64,000 bases of DNA from Hyphochytrium catenoides (Eukaryota; Protista; Hyphochytriomycota): contig FLMG01001010.1 in NCBI GenBank assembly GCA_900088475.1, positions 1-64,000 of the forward strand, given 5' to 3'. Below, piece by piece: positions 56,667-64,000 of this stretch. Both the position numbers and the translations under genes were made by a program. Numbering within the stretch: position 1 is the first letter of the stretch; the number at the start of each line of letters is the position of its first letter. The notes beneath the pieces were generated by a model. That model was not told the DNA's origin. It saw nothing but the letters and a program-made list of their open reading frames with translations, and did no database searches.

Positions 56667-57494
56667 GTCTAGAACGTGCTCCTAACACTGCAGACCAGTC
56701 ACAGAGCTAAGCGACAGGAGTGCTGGTAGTAGGGCAAGATAGCAGAGGATAGCTTGACGGAGGGTGGAAGATGGATACTGAGACAGCGGCAGTCAGACGT
56801 CTTAAGTGGCTTCCTTTTATTGACAAGCTCGTTACACTTAGATGTCTTTCTACCTGCTACATCTCAATGGCTCTGAATCAGTGGCAAGGAGAGTAGATCG
56901 GAGCGAACGGTCACGCTTGGGAGGCGTCACAAACAAGTGGAGGAAGGAGGAGGGGGCGTGGGTCGAGATAGTAGAGCAGCCAATGGATGGCAGAGAGTTC
57001 TTTCCCGCTCCATCACCTTGTTGTCCGTTGCAAGAGAAAGAGGAGCAGCAGTCGACAAACATTGAGCACCAAAGGGAACAGAAGAAGGGGTGGGAAGGGC
57101 TGTCTGTACACAAGCAGGTTGGAGAGAGAGAGGAGAAAGAGAGAGTGGATGAGAGGTGCAGAAGAGAGAGAGAGAAGGAAATGATGACCGAGGCATAGCC
57201 AGTGGAGGATGTTTGCTTGTCAAAGGGCTGCTCGTTCACAATGTGGACTGTGGACGCACTGTGGACCGACAAGGGAAAGCACTCGCTTTCAAAGCTGTGT
57301 CATAACCGCTCAACCATCAAGATAAGTGCGTTGCTCACACTTGACGAGAGAAGAAGGCCGGCTGCTCTGCCTCCACGATGTGAATCAGAGGGAAACCAAA
57401 GGAGCAGGGACCACCAGCCGAAGTGCTCCACCGGCTAAGAAAGAGGGAAGAGTTGGAGATTGGGCGGAGGAGGAGGAAGGCAGCTTTTCTCCAA

Positions 57495-57532
57495 NNNNNN
57501 NNNNNNNNNNNNNNNNNNNNNNNNNNNNNNNN
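57495..57532. other. Assembly gap (N run) abutting an AG microsatellite
   Basis: 38 Ns. Confidence 0.95.
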
Positions 57533-57812
57533 AGAGAGAGAGAGAGAGAGAGACAAAGAGACTTGATCAGGATTCACAGCTCCCCCAGGACTCAATAGCA
57601 CATGATATGTAACCGCTGAGGAGCTTCTGTGAGACAGAGAATCTAATACGCAGACTTCCCTCCTCCTTGTCTATTTATTTAGCTGAACAAGTAGCCGTAG
57701 TAAGGATCTCACATTCAACCGAAGACATTTGGCCCTGGATGCTGTTTGCTTGTGGGAAGAGAGAGAGAGAGAGAGAGAGAGAGATGAGAGAAAACTAGAG
57801 GAAGAAAGTGCT

Positions 57813-57851
<39 letters not shown>

Positions 57852-57955
57852 GAGAGATGAGAAACAGAGAGAAGGGAAAGTGAAGGGAGAAGAGAGAAGA
57901 CAGTTGACCTGGGAAGCGAAGAGACACCGAAGCGCTAGGGAGAGAGAGAGAGAGC
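57533..57955. repeat. Cluster of (AG)n microsatellites
   Basis: AG runs at 57533-57552, 57759-57783, 57819-57847 and 57940-57954. Confidence 0.88.
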
Positions 57956-58373
57956 CATCAGCGCCGAACAGAGATGAATGGAATGGACGTGGCCATCCTC
58001 CGTCTACTTCCCAGCCAGTGCTTCCCAGTCTCTTCCTCCCACATTCTGCATTGGACAACATGGTCACCACGCCCTATTAACCCCAAAGCTTCTCGGTTTC
58101 TGCTATCGTAGTATCGCTCTCTGGCCTGGCAGGATAGCATACACAGCTCATGGCTACCACTGCCCGTGCGTCGAACTGAAGTCGATGTTTAGGGTGTTAG
58201 CCCAATTGATGACTGTTGCTGGCCACCAAATGAGTCGATTGCGTACGATGCACAGCATTGATGACCATGGCAAGGAGAAGTCATCTAGTTAGAAGAGGCA
58301 GACTTATGAGTTTATTAGTATTATTGCATCTTTTTTGATGATGTTAACTTTGATCTCGCCGCGCCACCACAAC

Positions 58374-58397
58374 CAGCAGCAGCAGCAGCAGCAGCAG
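58374..58397. repeat. (CAG)8 trinucleotide repeat
   Basis: Perfect CAG x8 in intergenic DNA. Confidence 0.9.
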
Positions 58398-58809
58398 GTC
58401 CTCTCTGGACTCTTGATCTCCGATGCAGGACCTCATGTCCTGGACGTTATGTTTTCCTTTGGCAGTTCCTCGCTTCGCTTTTGCTGCGGCGCTTTACTCT
58501 TGGTGCTCTCAGCCCCAGCAGCTTAGACGCTGGGCTATGACGAGATGCACAGGGCCTCACTATCTACTAATGGACGGACAGGTTGTTTTCTACGTCGCTA
58601 GCGCTATAGATCTATACAGATAAAAAGAAAAGCCTGACGTGCACGTAGCCATTAGCTGATGGCTTACTAGCCTCTTTTCTCACGACCCTCTGGCCGTTGA
58701 TACTCTACCCTCATCTCTACGTACGAGTAAGTGCAAGACACTTAGCAGCAGACATCCACTTGATGGTAATGCAACTCTAGCTGTTTTACTTTGTCTAAAT
58801 TATTTGTAC

Positions 58810-61800
58810 CTATGAAGGCCACCGAAGCACAGATGTCAGTGCTGTTGCCCCTGAAGCTGCGCTGTAATCAAACTCCAAGTCAGTGATCAGCAGACCAAAG
58901 CATGCAAGGACGGCCAAGAGCGAGTAGTACGACATGCCCTTAGGGAATAGGGCTTCCGTGATAACGTTGGTGGCTTCAAAGGCCAAATGCGACAAAAAAG
59001 TAAAGACGACAGTCGCAACGAAGAAGTTGAGCCATCTGCCCCGCTCTGTGTAGACCAAAACCAGCTTAGCTTCAGCGCTGCCCCACACCGAGACCTGGAG
59101 AAGGTAGAGCTCCAAGGACCTTTGGCCAACCCATCGCAAGAGAGGAGAATACTTCTCTCTGAGAGAGAAAGTGAAGTTCCTGAGAACAGTGAAGCAGATG
59201 ATAGGGATAAACCCTAGATAAGGGTGAAGGGCATTGTACTCGTGCTTTTCAAGAGCGAGGAAGAACCACGCATAGATCGAGAGAACACTGAGTATCCCAC
59301 TGACCGCAATTATCTTCAAAGCCATAGAAGCTGCCTCCAGGCGGTCAAAAAAAGAGGGTAGAAAGGGGCTAAAGAGGGCAAAGCTTACTCCTAACATTCC
59401 TTGATATCTGTCGAGACCGAGGCGGAACCACCATTCATAAAAGGTTCCGTCCTTGGATAAGAAAGGTGCAACCTGAAAAATCTCCTCGAACAGTGTCCGC
59501 GAGGAGAAGAGCAGGGAGAAGCAGGAGATGCCTAAGACCAAAATGGCGAAAGGCGAAGAGAGAGAGAGGGCACTTGCCCCTCTTAACAGGGCGTAGACAA
59601 AGAGAAAGTGAAAAGAAACCATTGCAGGAAAGTACATGGTGATATAGGGCATAGGCACCACCTGATCCAGAAGGACGACGAGAAGATTGACTCGGAAAAG
59701 AACCTTGATGACTCGGAAGAGAGAGAAGTCTCCTCGAAATATGAAGTAGGAAGCGTGTCCATAGCCGGAGAGGAAGATGTACCCTGCTATGAAAAGACGG
59801 ATGACGGTGTAGCACTCTCCCAGGGCAAAATAGTGATAGAGAAGGATACCGATCTGCATCCAGCCTTTCCATTCCTCTGTTTGCTCTCTTCCTAGGAAGA
59901 CCGGCTTGACCACAGAATTGAGTCTGCGGAGAGAGAGAAGAAGGATCATGATGGAGACTAATCCTGCAAGTAGCAGGTCCCTTCTCCTTGTCGCGACAGA
60001 GAGAACTTGCCAGCCGTGAGGGCCATCGAAGAGGAAACAGAGAGAGAGGACGAAGCCCAAATGAGCCATCGCCTTTACAACTGTATACCCCTTGTTCAGG
60101 TAGTAATGCGTACTTCCCTCGTGCATAGGAGCATCACACCCTAGGTAAGGCAGACATGGGACATCAGATATGGTGGCTGTCTCCTTTGCTGTCTTCTCCA
60201 TTAACCACCTCCTAGAACCAATAGCAGTCAAAGGGCGGCCGAGCAGTGGGTTGCTCCTTGTGCCCTGTGTCTCCAATTTTCCTTCCTCTGTTGGGTCCAG
60301 CTCTATATCCTTTTTCTCCGTCAATGGCCCATAAGATGATGCCAGCATGGAGCCATGCAGACGAGGCAAAAGGTCTCTAGCGAGGAGAAGCACTCGCATC
60401 ACCTCCACTATCCCTACGGCAAGCATGCAAGAGAAAAAGAGAAGCAACAGCAGAGATTGTCCTAGAGTGAGACTTCCATCACTTGTCCTCTCAACAAGTA
60501 AGGGGTATACTGCTGCCAATCTGGTCGCTTCTGTCCGCATTAAAGACATAGAATGCAAGCCATCACTTTCTTCTCCCTCCAACGGTCTAGAGAGAGATGC
60601 ATTATAACGGTCCTGGGGACAAAGACAATGTTGGTTGGGTCAGCCAAGCAGAAAACCACTATGCCAGGCGGACACAGAAGGGGTAACGGGGTTGAAAGCA
60701 GAGAAGATAGACAAGAGTGCGAGCTTCAGTTTTAAAAGGGAATAGGGAGACATACGGGGCCGTGCAATTGAATGAGAGACGAGCTAGAGGGATCCTGCTC
60801 ATGTCATTGCAGGTATAGGGTAGCAAAGAGAGCATGAACCCCCAGAAGAGAAACCATCAAAGAGTCTCAGTAGATGTGTTGTTTGACAATGGATTCTTCC
60901 CTACCGCATAGAATTTGTTGGGGTTCTCTAGTCCCACTTCGTTGCTGAAGAGCTCGGAGAAGAGCGCATTAATCTTCACAACCTCTGCGTTCCGAAAGGT
61001 AAGGGAGAGGTTCCTGTGGCCTGTCAGCTGACCTTCTTGAAGCGAGTGCAGACCAGCAAAAAGGACTCGGGCGCTGAGGATTCAGAAGCATGATGGCAGG
61101 TAGTCATCAAGGGGATCATCGTCAACTGTTAGAAGCAAGTGGGAGAACCATTCGAAGCCAAACAAATATTACCTTGACTGAGCTAGTCTTCTCATCAACA
61201 GATGGGCGTCCTGAGCAAACTGGTTAAAGGTATAGTTGTATAACAGATCATGGTAGCCCACCGATACAACTATCAAGTCAGGTTTGCCTACTCCTCTGTC
61301 TGCCGGTCGCCGTTCTTCTATCTTCCGAAGGTGGTGAGAGACATCTGAGAGACGGGGAGCCCACGAGAAGGAGAGAAAGGATGCGCCAACTCTCATCCTC
61401 TGGTCTGAGTGGCTCCTATTGTCCAGGTAGGTTTGATTCTCTAGTAATGAAGCCATGGTGAAATACCATTGCCTAGCCGTAGACTCTCCCAACTGCAGCA
61501 GCAGGTCGGAGTAGAGATAACAAAAAGCATTCAGCATAACGGGAAGTGGAAGAGGAGAAGGAGGCGGAAGTGAGACCGGGCTCTTGAGGAAAGAGAAGGA
61601 CCTTAGACCTACTTACGAAGTGTATCTTCTGTCCTCTGAGCGCCCTGAGCGCCGTACTCTGAGTAATGGCGGATGGCAGGGGACGGGGACAGTCTGCAGG
61701 CCATTGGCCCTGGAAGACGTGATAAGCGCAGCTGTGAACGCTGTCTTTCTTCGTCAATCTGCTAACTCAGAGAAGCGATGGCCAGTCAGCAGATGTCGAA

Positions 61801-62025
61801 TGTCCGCAGCTATCACATAGAGTTGAACAATGTAGGTTGTTATTACCTGTGACCGAGAGGGGCAGAGGCGGTCGTGGCCGCCTCGATGTCTGAGCCAAAA
61901 GCTGACAAGAGAAGAGCAACCAGTACCAAGATGGTGGCAGTTCTTCTCTGCGATGGCACAGTGGGAGCTCTCCAGCCACCAAAGAGGAGAGGGTATAGCG
62001 GTACCACCATGACAGGTAGCATCAT
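58810..62025 (-). CDS. Cas1p/CASD1-type polysaccharide/glycan O-acetyltransferase (luminal SGNH-like domain plus multi-pass Cas1_AcylT domain), ~6 exons
   Basis: The large 3' exon has GREQTEEWKGWMQ..ILLYHYF, IRLFIAGYIFLSGYGH, LFRVNLL, YFPAMVSFHF, EWWFRLGLDRY, HPY.GFIPI..F.VLRN and WVGQRSLELYLLQ. Upstream exons give a signal anchor, C....GQW..C, KIHF|LGESTARQ, PDLIVVSVGYHD and DGLH. Start uncertain (62025 or 62010). Confidence 0.88.
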
Positions 62026-64000
62026 GATCAGTGTTCCCTTCCCTAGAGTAATGCGAAGTGCCAAGCACATGCTGAAGCTCTTTTGAATGTGTTAGCATGA
62101 GGGGTGTCAAGAAGGAATCACTTCTCTCCACCAAGCAAGACGCTGAACCGCTCTCTTCTGTATAGGATAGCATCTCTCTCTTAGAGAAAGGAACAGAATG
62201 GCAGCCAAGTAAGCAGGGATTCTTAGCCCTAACTGCGCGCCACTGAAGGCGAGCAAAAGCAAACGCTGTGTGACAAGGCGAGGAATGCGCATATTAAGTC
62301 TTATATAACCTGCGGGCTGCCTTTCTACGGCTAGACCGACCCTTGTGGTGCCGCAGGCAAGGAAGGTTAGGGCGGTAAGACTTGAGCTCTACTTGGCTTG
62401 CGCTCGTCGGTCAATGTCTTTCTCTACTCTCATTACTTTCAGGAGTCGAAGAGTCTTTAGGGATCTAGTAGCATGGATGGTCCATCCCATGGTAAGACAA
62501 GTGCAGCTCTTCAGCACCCATGACCCTCCTCGCATCAGCAGGCGCAGGTCTACTAGTGCGTATCCATGTAGGAGGCTCCCTAGCTGATGGCGCATAAGGA
62601 GATATCTACTAAGGAGGACTTGTTGCAGTACCATTGAGGCAGCAGCCTCAGCAGTGACCGCATCCGTAGCAAGATAGCATAAGAACCAGTTGCACCGTTA
62701 CATCTCTTGGCTCACACCGTCCTGGCTCTTTCTTCTCTGATCAGTCCTGCTTCCCTCGTGTCTTTCCCGCCAAGTCTTACCTGCCATCAGCACTTGTTGC
62801 GCACAGGAGCAGCAGCAGCAGCACCAGCAGTTGCGAGCAACAAGACTCTTCCTTAGCAGCAATGGCAAGCGAAGAAGTACAAGGTAGGCTGCAAAGGAAG
62901 TAGGGCTCTCACCTCTATCATCCTCACAGCTCAAGGCTCAACAGCAGGGGCGATCATCATGATGAGCAGTGTTGTTGCTACTGTAACATTCTAATCTTCT
63001 AAGCGGTTAACGGTAGAGCCCCACACAAGAAGCGTCAACTTGCATGGCGATTGACCCATTGATGATAAGAAGCTTCATTGGACAGAGACGATTGGGTCTC
63101 GCTTTTCGAAGTCCATGCTCTGTTGTCCTATCCCTTATAGAACTAAAAGAGATTGCTGAGTCCACTTTCTGGGGAGTAACGGGCACCTGCTGACTGCTCT
63201 TCATCAGCGCTGTCAGAGAGATGATTGAGCCAAGGCTGTTATTCCATGAGGTGCAGGTGCAGCAGGGCTCGAAGTAGGCCTCCGCTCACCGTTGTTCTTA
63301 TGGATCTCTAGACTACATCTACTATGATGGACTGCACCATTCATTTGTCATCGAGTAGTGCGTAGCAATAGGTCAGGCGTCTCGTAGAAGAAAACTGGGC
63401 CAGACGCCGCTGATAATACTTGCTTCTCACTCTCGCCGCAAAGAGTTATCAACAACCTAAGCATTGAGCAGCAGCTCCCCAAGATCGGGAGCGTGACTGG
63501 GCAGCAAGAATGTTAGCATAGCCGTCAGAGTCGTCTTGGCTGACCCATCGAGATCCCACTTCTAACTCATATTATGCTTGTTCTACCCTGCGGCGCCTTA
63601 CATACATCGACTACTCGTTCCCAGTTGCAACTCATCCCTCGACCTCTCCTCCTCTGGGCCCCTCTTACATCTTGATCAAGGGTCAGGGTTGACCCGGAAG
63701 AGTGAAGATAGAAAGGAAAATGAGTGGTAGGCTGGCATAGTGCCGAGAAGAAGACTCTCTATCTGCTTTTGTCCCTTCACGCAGAATGCATAGTAAAACT
63801 CTCCAATAGGTCGCAGCGGCTGCGCAGTAGCTTGTCCTTCAGGTCAGGGAACTGAAGCCACACGCATCACTATGACGACCTCGTGACTTGCTGACTGAGT
63901 CGGCAAGGGAAGAGCAGCGTGGACGTCAAAGGAAGAGCCTGATTAAGGGTAAATTGACCAATGGTTCAAAGGTGGCATTCATATACAAGTGGGAACGTCG

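Noticed and set aside
58637-58667. Short palindromes downstream of the Cas1-like stop codon (acgtgcacgt; gtagccattagctgatggcttac)
   Set aside because: Short or imperfect, with no evidence of function.
62100-64000. Short ORFs at the right end of the window
   Set aside because: No recognisable homology or splice-consistent model.

Overview
Eukaryotic nuclear DNA of roughly balanced GC content from a flagellated protist, with short spliceosomal introns and two N-gaps. Protein motifs suggest a stramenopile, but that is an inference. A compact core (14-42 kb) holds three tail-to-tail pairs of intron-containing genes: CCR4-like EEP/OFD1, NAA10/SANBR (KIAA1841) and TTC21B (IFT139)/RSPH9, with tRNA-Gly(GCC) and tRNA-Lys(CTT) between SANBR and TTC21B. 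The gene-sparse, microsatellite-rich left flank has the 5' end of an aldehyde dehydrogenase, a multi-exon ABCC/MRP transporter and an intronless fungal-type siderophore-iron MFS transporter (candidate horizontal transfer). The right flank has three intronless secreted PAN/apple-repeat paralogues (one with an extra 6-Cys module I cannot assign), an intronless SWEET sugar transporter and a full-length Cas1p/CASD1-type O-acetyltransferase. Intergenic DNA contains gene fossils: a decayed cathepsin Z-like protease and a probable retroelement gag with two eroded zinc knuckles. Exon structures were reconstructed by eye and all assignments rest on motif recognition, not database searches.
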